The notes under the pieces are model-generated. The model had not been told where the DNA came from. It saw nothing but the letters and a program-made list of their open reading frames with translations, and did no database searches. The translations under genes and the position numbers were made by a program. DNA of 64,000 bases from Paraphysomonas bandaiensis (Eukaryota; Protista; Chrysophyceae): assembly GCA_965644295.1 (NCBI GenBank), contig CBFFRP010000371.1, positions 227,444-291,443 on the forward strand. The letters are read 5' to 3'. Of the stretch, positions 24,663 through 37,768 are shown in pieces (position 1 is the stretch's first letter; the number at the start of each line of letters is the position of its first letter).

Positions 24663-25200
24663 TTACGGCAAATGGTTTAGTGCAGTAATGTATAGGTTGA
24701 GTATATGGAGGTGATTCTCCTCTGCACTGTACCGCTCTGGAACTGGTTGCACATTGCTATGAGCACCATATTTCAACCCTTCCGATATAGGTTGAAACAA
24801 GCCACGCTGCTTAAGGTCAGCAGCCTTCCTCTTGAATCCCTCGAGTGTTTCTTTAAACATACTCTCTATTTCCGGTGAACGGTTTATTCTCTTCTTCCTG
24901 TGCACTTCGATGTCGATTCATGTGTACAAACGAGTAGTATTGTGGAGGGTGATAGTACAGACCAGTGCGGCTGTCGATTTTAAGAAGCACATGAATCATG
25001 TACTATTTCATTACGTCAGGTATTGGTAGTATTGGTGATAAATTGTCATAGTTGTCTCTTTTGACGGATGTGGGGTAATTCTCATCAAGCCAATGCGAAA
25101 ATGCCTGGAGTCTATCTGCATACTGCCTGCGGGTACTATCCCTTAACCGCATCTGCTTGGTTTGCAGTGCAATCTCGTCAAAGAACTCACTTTTTACTCT
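24663..25200 (-). mobile_element. Degraded tyrosine-recombinase (Crypton-like) N-terminal fragment
   Basis: LRDSTRRQYADRLQAFSHWLDENYP resembles the YR core-binding helix pattern; LEGFKRKAADLKQRG..ISEG follows. Interrupted by stops; no catalytic domain seen. Confidence 0.45.
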
Positions 25201-25364
25201 CTAATAATATCCATTGTTCTTTGTTTATTGTAAGCGCTTTGTTTGTTCTAAGTCTTTGTTCTTGCAGTTTATGAGCATTCGTGTTATATGGTTTGAATGG
25301 CGATAGTGGCCAAGCGGTAAAATCGTAGTATTCTAGATATCATAAATATATGGTCGAGGCAGCG

Positions 25365-25515
25365 TCACTTGTGTAGACTGTAGAATTTTTTGGGCCTTGA
25401 CGAATGAACAGGAATCCGGGCTGTTCACCTTAAGGACAGACGAGTGAGAATGTGGTTGCACTTTGGTGCTTGCGGTGACGCACAAGCATCTTTCGTAGTG
25501 TTAAATATAGTAGAA
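25365..25515 (+). mobile_element. Family S element, 5'-truncated copy
   Basis: gtcacttgtgtagac...gacgcacaagcatctttcgtagtgttaaata matches the 3' half of 39488-39845. Confidence 0.7.
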
Positions 25516-25519
25516 TATC

Positions 25520-26310
25520 CGGAAAAATTTAATTTTGGCCCTTTTTGGCCCTCGGCCCGCATTTGGCCCTCTACTACAACTAACAATAATAACAATAATT
25601 CTTAATTAAAAACACACACTACAACTACAAGCAACAATAACCCAGAAAGCAAAGGGTCAAATTTAGCAAGAGTTATTAATTTCTTAAGAAGCAAGAGCAA
25701 CTTTTTACCAAAACATTTTTCGGAGCTGGGGGTTCCCCACGCTTCGACTCTACGAGCCGGCGTCCACTGCCCCCAGTCCCCCGCCCCTAAACAACGCCGG
25801 GGCCGGCCTTGCGGGCCGCAATAAAACCTTATCGAATATCCCCCCTAGGCCGCGGCAGCGACGGGGTCCCCTAGCTCGCGCTCAAAATGCAGTAATACGC
25901 GATTTAAATTGAGCAACATCCAGCAAAAGCCACGGGTTCTCCGCTTACTATGCGTGCAGCGGAGACCTAATGCGGTCCCGCCTTCTTCTTTCGCCACCCC
26001 AGCCTCAGCAGAGACGCCACGATGCCAAATCCGTCAGCTGCTCCTCTGTTCAAGGCCCAACTCGCAGCCAAAGTCATTCCAAGACACGCAGGAGTCCCAT
26101 ACCCCCTCGTCCATGTCTCTCCGTTCAAGAACACTTGACCACAGAATCCCGAGAAGCCCTTCCTTAGAGGTGTCCTACTGACTGAACCTTTTGTACCTCA
26201 ATGACTGACGTCCGCATGGAGCTACTCCCTCACACACAAGAACGGAATTGGATGCACCTTGGTGCTTGCGGCGATGCACAAGCAGCTTCTGTAGCATTAA
26301 ATATTAGGAT
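25520..26310 (+). mobile_element. GC-rich TE fragment ending in the family S 3' tail
   Basis: Abrupt GC rise; ttggccct mini-repeats; GC hairpins ending in CTAG (~25840-25874); C-rich segment; then gcaccttggtgcttgcggcgatgcacaagcagcttctgtagcattaaata. Confidence 0.45.
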
Positions 26311-27019
26311 ATGAGAATATATACTAGCCAGTTACTGGTATAGGTTGATCTCGCTGACCGCTGACTAGCCTTTCTTCTAACTACTTATCTGATATCAATT
26401 CTTGACGGCTACTGCTAATTGCTAATAATAACGGTAGAATATATGAATCTAACGTCTCAGACATTCATTACTACGAGATATTAGAATATGGATTATATTC
26501 TAGTATTCAGTATGTATGTCACTTGAAGACAATATACGAGAATATAGTGAAATATTGCGATGTGCGAATACTGTGATGATATTAAGAAACTGAAATAGTT
26601 TGATCTTTCAAGATATGTTTATTAATGAGAGATTCACATATGTAGGAGATTATGCGTGGAACAAAATGAGATTGCGTTGTTAGTCACAACTTCGTGTAAA
26701 TGATATTAATTAATCTATCTAGTCTAACGATAAATTCTCTCTGAGCACAAGTTAAGAATGAGCAATTTCCAGTACGAGAAGATATTAATTCATTTCGTGA
26801 ATGCGATATTTATATTTTGAGGAATTTCGTAAAGCTCCGAAATAGAATTGCAGCACACATGCGAGGGTGGATATAATCAGTTTGCAATTAATTATTAACG
26901 CTATTAATAAAGATAATATACTCAACAACTTGTCTCATATACGTCAACGAGTTGGAATTATATGTAACGTATCTGTTACTCACATGTGTCAAACACGCGT
27001 GTACATACTATTCGCAGAA

Positions 27020-28436
27020 CTAGTAGTTCACAGATCGTTTTATTGCTTCGAAGACCTTATACATATCAGGAACATATTGCTACGACAAAACTTAGATCGC
27101 GGTAACGTCTGTGTTCTTGTGTACTATACCTTCTCAAATGCAAGTGGGAATGGTGTATCGTATCCGCATACCCGGTCAACGGGGCTTTCTAGTGATAGGA
27201 AGCACTCCTCTTGCACAGTGGATGATATCTCCGCTGCAAACCCGCTGGTTCTCTATTCGTCCCAAGAGTGAGACAAGTTCAGATATGCACTCCAAAAAAC
27301 ATACCGGTGCCTCATGGCTTACTATAAGCCGGCCTGTCTTCATCACAGATGAGGTAACTGCCTCTACATCCCAAGGTAGTAATGATCGGAGATCAATAAG
27401 TTCACAAGATATGCCAGCCTTCTCCGCCATGTCACATGCCTTGTTCAACACATGTACCTGGCCACCCCATCCCACCAAAGTAATATCTGTGCCAGTGCGA
27501 ACAACCTTGGCAACACCAAGTGGAACAACATGTTCACCAACGGGAACCTGTTTCACATACAACACAGAACGATGAAACAACAAATACGACATAGAAATGC
27601 AATCATTGGCATCAATGACATGCGACACTTACATCCTCAACAGCAGCACGATATAGAGCTTTTGGCTCAAAAAACACAACCGGATTAGGATCTCTTATGG
27701 AGGCCAGGAGCAAACCTTTTGCATCAGCAGGTCCACTGGGCATGACAACCTGATTGTAATGTTAGAGTACAACTTTATGACAATATCCCACACACATGGA
27801 CAAGATAAGTAAACTAGTTTTAGAATAATACACTTCGCTGTAATCATCAAGATGACGGCAACCTTCAACTTACCTTGAGCCCAGGTGTATGAGTAAAATA
27901 TGCCTCCGGAGATTGTGAGTGGTAGTGGGCACCATGACCCACAGCACCACAAGGCGCACGAAAAGTTAGTTTCCCACAGTCAAACTGATTGCCTGAGCGA
28001 TACCGAAACTTAGCTGCTTCGTTAACTATTTGGTCGAAAGCAGGAAAAATATAATCTGCGAACTGTATCTCTGCTATCGCTGTTTTCCCCATTGAGGCGT
28101 AACCAATTGCAAACCCGGCTATTCCTTGCTCGCATAAAGGGGTATTGAATACTCTAGATGCCCCAAATTCTTCTTTAAGTCCTACCGTACATCTAAATAC
28201 ACCTCCAAAAGCAACATCTTCTCCAAATATAACGGCAGAGTCATCTGTTTTCATTGCAACTCTCATCGCATCATTCACAGCAGTGAATAAATTCATTCTT
28301 TCTGTTGCAATATTATCAGTGGAAAACAATCTGATGTGATTGGATAGATTTCCAAATCTTTTTCTTTATATAATATATTAGATTTATCATGATAAATATG
28401 ATGATGTGCATACCTGAAGATGTGTGGTCGAATCAT
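27020..28436 (-). CDS. BCKDHB: Branched-chain alpha-keto acid dehydrogenase E1 beta subunit; multi-exon
   Basis: [83 protein letters not shown]. Short first exon MIRPHIFR. Confidence 0.96.
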
Positions 28437-29172
28437 CTCTATATATATACAGTTATTGCCGTTGAGTGAATAGGGATATCTTTTGCAGATAATACAAGGT
28501 GGTGATAGATTAGAGTTGATAGAGGGATTGAATGGATGGTTAGATGGTGCAATGTATCTTGTATTAATGTAGAATTGGTCAAGTGGAATGGTGTGGTTGC
28601 AGTACTATGCATGCATCCATACATCCATATATACATATACTGCTGTATACATACATACATACAGTACATGTAGTACTCTGTGTAGTATGTATGTTTGTAG
28701 TATAGTGTGTGGGGTGTAGTATGTATGTTATATACCGGTAGAATACAGCAGTATATACTGTTGATGTATTCTCGCCAGTAGATTCTTGAATTGTTCTATA
28801 ATTCCTTCTATACATACAGTACTGTATTCACTGTATTCCAATATCTCATACTACAACCACCAAACACTTACAGACAGGAGGAGCAGCAAGGAGAGTATCC
28901 CTCCCTTTACTGTGTGGTGTGGAGTGTTGTGTGTATGTATGTGTGTGTATGTATGTATGTGTGTATGTATGTATAGATGCAGATGGTTACTATGACATCC
29001 ACTGTATACATACATACATATACATCCATATCATCTAGTGGTCTCAATATTCCATCATACTTTACCAACCCTCTTAATCTAACTACACACATACCTTCAT
29101 AGGTTGACATCACAATCAATTCATTCAATCAATTCATTTCATTCCATCCTTTCATTAACACAACAGATTCAT

Positions 29173-31159
29173 ATGTTCAAACTATATCATCGTATAACAA
29201 CAACAAGACTCATAAATCACACTCATTCACTACGTTACTATCATATTACACGTCCATTATATGCTATTAAACCATTTATATTAGCTGATATTGGTGAAGG
29301 TATTGCTGAAGTTGAATTAATGCAATGGTTTGTTAAGGAAGGTGATAAAGTCAAATCATTTGATCGTTTATGTGAAGTACAAAGTGATAAAGCAACTGTA
29401 GAAATTACAAGTCGATTTGATGGTATTATTTCATCTATTCACCATACAGAAGGCGATATTGTTAAAGTTGGAGATGCATTAGTTGATATTGAAACATCTG
29501 ATATTGCTGAAGTAACTCCATCAACTCCTGCACCATCACCCACTCCTGCCCCTTCTATGCTGAGGACTTCTGTACCTCCAGTGGATTCCACTCACCCTCC
29601 TACATCTACTGGAACTTCTAAACCATTTATACTTGCTGATATTGGTGAAGGGATTGCAGAGGTAGAGCTCATGTCGTGGTACGTGAAAGTGGGCGACAAA
29701 GTTAAATCTTTCGATCGCATATGCGAAGTCCAGAGTGATAAAGCCACTGTTGAGATTACAAGTCGATATGATGGCATCGTGACTGCGGTACATCATGCTG
29801 AAGGCTCAATTGTTAAGGTGAATTATGCTTTATGCATATAAAGCTATTGCATCTTGACGTATTTATCTACAGGTCGGTGAAGCACTAGTTGACATCCAAG
29901 AGGTTGGCTCAGCAACCCCGAAAATGGCTACTGAAGTGGACCCTGTTGTTTTGTCTGTTCCTCCGTCGAGTAGTACATCACCACCTGCCACAACTACATG
30001 CCCATATGCTGCTTCTTCAGACCGAAAGGTCCTCACCACTCCGGCTGTGCGGAAGATCGCCAAAGACAACGCCATTGATTTGTCCCTTGTTCCAGGAACC
30101 GGGCCCAAAGGCCGAATTCTGAAAGAGGATATATTGCGTTTTATCAAGGAAGGTGGAGCAGTTTCTACTATGCCAACAGCTCCGGTGTCGACTCCATCTC
30201 CAGTCTCGGAATCCACTAAGGCCAGCACTCCCCTCGACACCTCATCTAGGGCACCTGCGACATCGCCAAGTGGACAAGATAAGACAGTACCGATTCGCGG
30301 TGTGCAACGACTTATGGTTAAGAGCATGACAGAGGCTCTAAAAGTACCACATTTAACATACTGTGAGGAGGTAGTGATGGATTCTTTGATCAGCGTACGT
30401 AAACAGCTCAAAGAGGCCATCGAAAAACGTGGCAGTAAAACGGTGCGTATGAGTTTCATGCCGATTATCATCAAGGCGACCTCTTTGGCTCTGCTGGAGT
30501 ACCCGCAGTTGAATGCATCTATTAATTCAGAGGCAACTGAAGTGACCTACCATGCTGACCATAACATGGGTATTGCTATGGACACACCTAAGGGGCTTAT
30601 TGTACCGGTGTTGAAACAAGTTCAGAACAAGTCACCCATGCAGATTGCAATTGAACTGTCAGAGATGCAGGTAATGCACCTTTCTTAAATTATATGTAGC
30701 CTTTGTTACGTGTATGTCTGCTTGTGAGTGATAACTATTTAATGGGTTCAACAGGATCTTGCCACACGGGGTGCCTTGACTGAAGAACACCTAAGGGGTG
30801 GCACATTTTCCCTCTCCAACATAGGTAGCATAAGTAGTTATTGTAAGTATTGTGTTTAAGTTTGTGATACAGGAAGTGTGGGGGGAACTTACATGCGGCC
30901 AGTGATTGTTGTTCCTCAAGTTGTTATTGGGGCTTTTGGACGCTTCCAAACTACTCCGAGATACGTGGACAGTATGGGTAGACAGGCCTCCACCGAGGAT
31001 ATATACGACGGTAAAGCAACTGTCAAGCCAACCACGATTATGAATGTGTCATGGTCGGCCGACCACAGAGTGGTTGATGGAGCTTCGGTGGCTAGGTTCT
31101 CTAATTTATGGAAGACTTACCTTGAAAATCCCTCGCTGATGCTTGGGGAACTTCGCTAG
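29173..31159 (+). CDS. DBT: Dihydrolipoamide branched-chain transacylase E2 with two lipoyl domains; 4 exons
   Basis: Two copies of LADIGEGIAEVE..W.VK.GD...FD..CEVQSDKATVEITSR.DG; E3-binding TPAVRKIAK..GTGPKGRILKEDI; catalytic SWSADHRVVDGA. Confidence 0.96.
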
Positions 31160-31891
31160 ACATGGATCCATCCCTTCACAGTGTCTGAATCTGTAGAGGT
31201 TCTGATATAGTTTTAGTGTTCAAGTATTTTTTATACGGCTGATGTTATCGAACAACAAGCCTGGTGGTTTCTAAATGAACATTCAATAGCTTCTAGTTTT
31301 CATGTTCTATCCCACTTGCATAGCATGAGAAAGCACGTAATAATAACGAATGTATTCTATCTTGAATTGCTTAACAACTGAATGTTGTATACATTATTGA
31401 AATAGAAGGTGTTGCTAGGAGTTCGTATATATATAGTAAGTATATATTGTATTGCTAATTTCTATATTATGAAAATAGATATTTATTTTGATGATTAAAT
31501 TGCAGTATATATGTATATACTGTAGGATAACTCAAGAATTAAGTAGTGTTCTCGAGTTCGCTCCGTGGTGGAAGCCCCTAGATGGCAGGACTGCGCAGGG
31601 TCTAGTAACCAATAATAATTGCCAATATTTCTTAGGACAATGTCATGATATATACAGGACAATACATAACTTTTTCGCTGTACTAGTGATTGTGTTGCGC
31701 AATATCTAATAGCACTTCCGTGCATCGATACTAAAGAAATAGATGTCGTACTGCCAGAACTGCGAGTCAAATACGTAAAATCATTCGTAACTGATTATTT
31801 AAAAACGGCGGCCGGTAATTATGCCACCGGGCATAAACCATTTCTCGAGATAATACAAATATAACTTTATGTCATTCCTTGCTGACTTAGC

Positions 31892-34079
31892 TTAAATGAC
31901 TTTGACCTTAGGTGCCTTGAAATATTTCTGCATTGTGTCATGCCAGACATCCCAATGCTCCTGCAGCATATGTGTCAAATACAAGACCACGTGGCAATGG
32001 ATCAGATAGGGGCAAGACTCTCTGAAGTGGTCAGCCTTCAACACGCCAAGTAGAGCAAAAACTTGGGAAACAATCATAGGATGAGGAATGTACCTGAAAA
32101 AAAGATGAATAAAACGCGATATCTACACATTTTAAAGCATACCCATAGGGGAACTCCGTGACCCACTTAGGTTCACAGTGACCCAATTCCGCACCGAAAT
32201 ATGTCCTGTCTACCCCGAGAGCTTTGGTCGACTGCACAGACACGGCGTATCCGATAACAATCATTGCGATGGAGATAGGATCAAACTGAAAGGGTGTCGA
32301 TCCACTAGGAAAGAAGTAGTGCCCGAACACCTGGGTGATAGATAACACCTTAAACAAGAGGACATCGCGCTTAAAGGAACCGAAGTCGACATCTTTACGC
32401 CAGTAGTAAGTGCAAATGTATCTGAAGTAGTGAACAAATGAAGTCGCCAACAGGAACCAGTCGTAGCAACCCGTGCAGTACCACACCAGCCCAGCAAACA
32501 TCAAGTAAACAGCGTTGCGCTGTCCCAAATAGGTCTCTATGTTGTTAAACAAAGTGGTATTGAAAACAACATTCCATGCGAGGAATCGCTCGTAAGGGGT
32601 CTTGGGGTTAATAGTGCGAAGGAAAAGAGCACGGAAGGCCATATTGTACTGCACATTCGCCCAATGCATAAACCAACCAAGTGGAGCAAGTATACGAGGG
32701 TAGACGCAGTAATGCAGCTTAAGAACAACACGGTAGTCATCCGACTCGGCTCGCTTACTCTCGTCACACGTGATGTAGTGAACCTCACGATTGAAATCAA
32801 AAGCCACAACATCACCTTCCGCAGCAGTAATCTTCTTTTCTGCCATTGGGTAGTTCGTTGTGATCATAAGATTCTTATCCATACCAACAATGCATCTGAA
32901 GACAGATACAAATGGGATCAAACCGAAAGGCCCATCGACGTGCTTGGTGTAGAATATTTGGTCAGAGTTAAAGCCCTCGCCGAACCTAGAGGGTCCTGTG
33001 ACGTACACCTCATTCATACCGTCCACAATATCCAGGCAGTACTACACACAAGTAAAGTCAGATGAGATCAAAGTAACAGTTCAACTAAACTCACATGTTG
33101 CTCGCTGAAAAGAGATCGGAAGGCTTTGACGACATGAGAGGATCCCGCACATCTATCGAACGCAGCCTTCTCGTCGACTTCGAGATCTCTGTACCACCAG
33201 TGAGAAGACATATTCTGTGGAGGCATCATCTTCAGAGCCCAAGCACGAATAGTAGCGAGGTCAGACTTTCGGGACTCACAGTCTGTTTCGGGGTCCGTGG
33301 CAATGTTGGTTGTAATCACACGGGTGAAATACGGGCTTCCAGGGAATACACAGAAACCATTCTTGGAATCTGTGCAGTAGTTACCAACAGACCAGCAAGC
33401 AATGGGTAGAAGCAGCCAAAGCCAATCTTCAACGGGTTGGATAGTGGGTGGAAGAGGAGATGAAAAAAGACTAGAAAATGTGGCAGGAATAGGAATGAGT
33501 CGGAGAAACATGTCAACGCAAAGAGGAAGAAGATAAAATCCGTGCTCCATGAACATTTTAGACCACGACGACAGATCAGAGAAGTCAATCTAAAGCAAAA
33601 ATAAAACAAACACAAATGGATTGGGAAAAACCTACATGTCCACCACCACTATATGCACTCTGGTAAGTTGGTTCACTGGTAATAATATGAGACAAATCCT
33701 GAGCAACATATGCCAAAGCAATCACTCCAAGAGATGATACAAGTCCCAATCGAGCAGTACGTGCCATGAATAAGCATGTTACTAAAAAGAACATTGTACC
33801 AAGAAAAACACCTGTTGGAACAGATGCCACAAGTTTGAGTAAATATGTCAAACATAACACACTAGTGGCTGTCATTGAACGTGTTGCATACATAAATAAT
33901 CCAAGAAAACCAAATATTCCCAATGGAGTTGTTATCATATGCACAAGTATGTTAGTAGTGTCTTTGTGATACATTTCAAAGTTAGTTGAAAGGTTAGAAA
34001 ACTCTGCCAAATCATTGTCTTCATATGATACGGTTTCATTCATCATACTATCCATAAAATTTTGCATAATGCTTTCCAT
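31892..34079 (-). CDS. Fusion lipid-modifying protein: MPO1/DUF962-like + HxD..H oxygenase-like + PEMT-type methyltransferase; 4 exons
   Basis: N-terminal YH...HMITTP...QDLSHIITSEP; central KHVDGP...FDFNREVHYI; C-terminal LGVDRTYFGAELG..WVTEFPYGYIPHPMIV (PEMT-family FPY..HPM). Confidence 0.75.
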
Positions 34080-34702
34080 ATTGAACGGTTAGCACTATAT
34101 GAGTATATGAAGTAATGAATATATTGCAAAATGTGATTGAATTTCTTCCGTCTCGAAACACTATAGATTGTTGGAGGAGAAGGGCATCTTTGAAGATGAC
34201 AAGAACTGCAAGTCGTGCACTAGGGGTGATGTATATATGGATATATAGGGATGTATGGATATGTATGTATATATGCAATGGGATGCATGACGTTCCAGAA
34301 ATCCTTTGATTACGTAGTAGATCTTTAAGGGATATATTGGTTTCAGTTTTGGTTTGGAAGAGATTTTTATGTGGGGTTGGGAAGATAGGTAGGTATATTG
34401 TAGTGTATACGTAATACACAGAACACGAAGAATAGTAGTGTAGAATACCGGTATACGGAGGTCTGTATTATCGTACTCTCGTACTTCAACACGTCCATAG
34501 TTTGCAAAAAAACGTCCAAAAGTTTGGACGCGAAATAAGTTTTTCTCAACTTTTTTAGTGGTCGCAGCGGTTAAAAAATGGAATTTTTGGCATATAAAAT
34601 AGGAATTTCACGCCGTTCTATCCATTTTTTATAATTTAGTCCTGTGAATATTGGAATATATGACATTCATTAGGATTATGAAGGATATTTGTACTGCTGT
34701 CG

Positions 34703-34840
34703 TGCATCTTATTTTTCGGAAATAAATTGTAGTAAATATACTCTATATTACTGCAATGCAACTACGGCTAGAATACTGATAATTATTGTCTCAATAATAG
34801 AGGCATCTGAGAACAAAAATATACAAAGGATGCTGATACG
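34703..34840 (-). repeat. Repeat family C, copy 4 (inverted)
   Basis: Reverse-complement similarity to 2539-2690. Confidence 0.75.
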
Positions 34841-34945
34841 TGTCCTGTATATAGCTAAGATTGCTATACACACTCTCACTGCTCTACTATACATCATCAT
34901 CTTAATTACCATATTAAGTCATATATATATATATATCACACAATC

Positions 34946-36484
34946 ATGTCCCTTGTTGATAAAAAAAATGCTTTATTTGGAAATGCTCCCATGTCATCTG
35001 TACCAGAAGAGAAGAAGACTTCATCATCATCTAGCTCACAATCAAAACCTAAATCAGCTATAGGAATATCACCAACATTAAAAACTAAAAAGATTAATGA
35101 AGCGAAAGAACATGAAGATAGAGGAAATAAATTCTTAAAAACTTCTGTATGATATTATGATGATTTTTTTATAAATTTATAATAGGGATTTTTTGTAATA
35201 GATATTTCAATGGAGTCCTGATTATATGGCCGCATCGGCTGCTTTTGAAGCAGCAGCTAAATGCTACTATACAGCTGAAGAGCTTGATCTGGCTAGCGAG
35301 TTTTATATTCGGGTAGGTTACATGTCATTTTTTTTCTTACTTACAATGTGAGTAGGCTGCAGATAATAACGAAGCGTGCAACACTCATTCCGCTGCTGCT
35401 ATGGCTATTATTAAAGCCGCAGATATCAATAAGGTATGTATTCAATCTTGTAATTTGTCGGAATAAGTATTTGCTAGCAACAAGGAAACCGTGCAGAAGC
35501 ATCACGCCTGTACCAGAGAGCAGCTAGTCTATGGGGTGTTAATGGTGAAGTCCTTAAAGCTGGAGAGTTCTTATGCAAAGCTGCGAAAGAGGTTCAGTTT
35601 AGCATTGTGACAATAATAATCTTAACCCATATTTTAGTTGGAAAATGTAGATCCCTCAAAAGCTCTTGAACTCTACTATGAAGGGATTGGGCACGTATGC
35701 CCTGCTGATACTCCTATTGAAATGATGCAGAGTGTGTCCGCCTCAGCCCCAGAAATGTTTCGTGGAATCTTTCAATTTATGTTGAAACATCGGGCATCTG
35801 CCCGTTCCATACAACAAGCCCAACAACCTTCCTTCAAGATACCGAGTGATGAATTGTTGTCATTTGCTAACCGCATGTTGAGGCTTTACGATGGACTGGA
35901 CAGTGAGGCTTCTCTCTGTCGTATGATGGTTACTGTAACCATCCTTCAGCTTGAGACTGGGGATGTCGTTGCGGTGAGTTGTTCAGACTATTCCTCAAAA
36001 TGCAATCCATACCTATTAGCTATTATGGAATGAGTTGTGTCGAATACGATCTAATTTTTTTGTTTAGGCCGACCGCACGTTTCTAGAGCACCTCGGTAAT
36101 TCTGCCTACTTGAGAAGTACTGAATGCAAACTTGCTGAGGACTTTATATCTGCATTCAAACAAATGGATGTGGATATGCTCGATGAAGCCCAGCGCTCCC
36201 ACCACCTAGTACATCTGGACAGAGATGTACAAGGAATTGCAAGAAACCTATCTCTCCTTGCCGACCACAATGCGCCCGACAGCGATCCTTCTCCAAAGAC
36301 GTCAATTCAGACTCAAAGCACCCCTATAGGTAGCACAGATGTACAGTCCCTAAAAGCAGAAGAACCTATAGAATCTCAAGATGATAATGATGACAACTTT
36401 GATGATTTAGTGGCGGAGAATTATGGCGAGGATGTTGCTCAGGAAACGGTTGCTGATGACGATGATGAAATTGATTTGACATAA
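34946..36484 (+). CDS. NAPG: Gamma-soluble NSF attachment protein; ~6 exons
   Basis: Spliced KFLKTSIFQWSPDYMAASAAFEAAAKCY; LETGDVVAA; STECKLAEDFISAF; acidic tail ending DDDEIDLT. Confidence 0.85.
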
Positions 36485-37134
36485 ACCGATTGTAGTATAA
36501 TACCTTTTGATTGACGACCAAATCTGATCGATGTACTTACTTCACCGTAGTTTATAATCAACATACAATTTCGTAAATAATGTCATGTGTATCAGATCAT
36601 TGAAATATGTTTGCAGTCGGGCACAACTGACGGTTAGCTTTCAGAAACAACAGGATTATAAATGTAGTAGGGTCTGTGTTGCATACTCTAGCGCAACACT
36701 GACATAACAAGTTTGCGCAACAGGCGTCCACATGTAACATGTACACACAACACACTAAAAATACAAAATACGTGACGCGTGATAATTGCTTGTATTTTTA
36801 GTGTTTAGCGTATTGTTTCCTACCATTTTTAGATGACTGAATTATTTTCTCTACATAGCCAACATCAGCTTCATTATCCTCTGTATTGTTGCCATCAGTG
36901 TCAAGAACGGATATATATTCTAACAACTATCAGACCATCATTTGGTCTTATAATGGACGGATGGACCACATAATTGTAGTCACATTCGCTACCTTTTGTG
37001 ATCAGAGCATTTCCCCTACTCAAGTATTGCTGTTGTGTACGATATAGGAAAGTCTGATTATTACATGAGAACGGTTGTGTACAGAAACTAGTTTATATCT
37101 ATAGCCTAACTAATAACTGGATTTGCTATATACT

Positions 37135-37440
37135 ACTAGTGGCGGGCAACCGTCTCGGGACTGCTTGTGCATCGCTGCGAGTACAACCATCCCTTGTATT
37201 GAGGTTAGTCGGGGGGTCTACCTTTGAGCAATGTGTCTGGTGGGCCTGTGCCCCTGTGCCATGGATTATGTGAGGGGTGAATGGGGCGAGATATATATGA
37301 GAGTGTAAGTCGGTGGTGGAGATGGTGCTGGTTGTTGAGGTGGGGTTTCGGCTACAAGTAAGGAGGAGTTGTTTCCGGAGTGGTTGCGCAAGCCTCTGTC
37401 GGGTTTGGACTCTTGCACAGGGTATAAGCTGTTATGTACT
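37135..37440 (-). mobile_element. C-rich retroelement-like 3' fragment sharing the family S tail motif
   Basis: The minus strand is C/A-rich and ends ...cgcagcgatgcacaagcagtcccgagacggttgcccgccactagtagta. Confidence 0.4.
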
Positions 37441-37667
37441 AGAGATAGTAGTGATGTGAGTACGTGATCCGACCGTTCATTATAAGATCAAGTGATGGTC
37501 TCATATACTTTTTAAATGTCGATGCTGATATTTTACCCACACAAGACTACTTTCTACATATACTTGTTTGGTTCATATTCACCCGATCTCCGAAAATGAA
37601 TAACAGCAGCGCCCTCTGTGTATCATAAGAGCCGTGAGTAACAGCAGCGCCCTCTGTGTATCATAAC

Positions 37668-37768
37668 AACGTTGACGAATACCTCCTCCCAATAAATATG
37701 CCTGAGAGGTTAAATAAATAAATAATCCTCTCAGGCATATTTATTGGGAGGAGACATTCGTCAACGTT
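37668..37768. repeat. 42-bp-arm inverted repeat (17-nt loop), preceded by a 28-bp direct repeat
   Basis: aacgttgacgaatacctcctcccaataaatatgcctgagagg versus the reverse complement of the right arm: 2 mismatches. taacagcagcgccctctgtgtatcataa occurs twice at ~37601-37666. Confidence 0.9.

Noticed and set aside
28439-29128. Short Y/I/C/M/V-rich ORFs here and in other spacers (e.g. 10531, 40849, 52573)
   Set aside because: They are translations of TA/TG/TACA simple repeats. Antisense ORFs over real genes were likewise ignored.
37604-37660. cagcgccctctg resembling a CTCF site
   Set aside because: CTCF is an animal protein; a short match is uninformative here.
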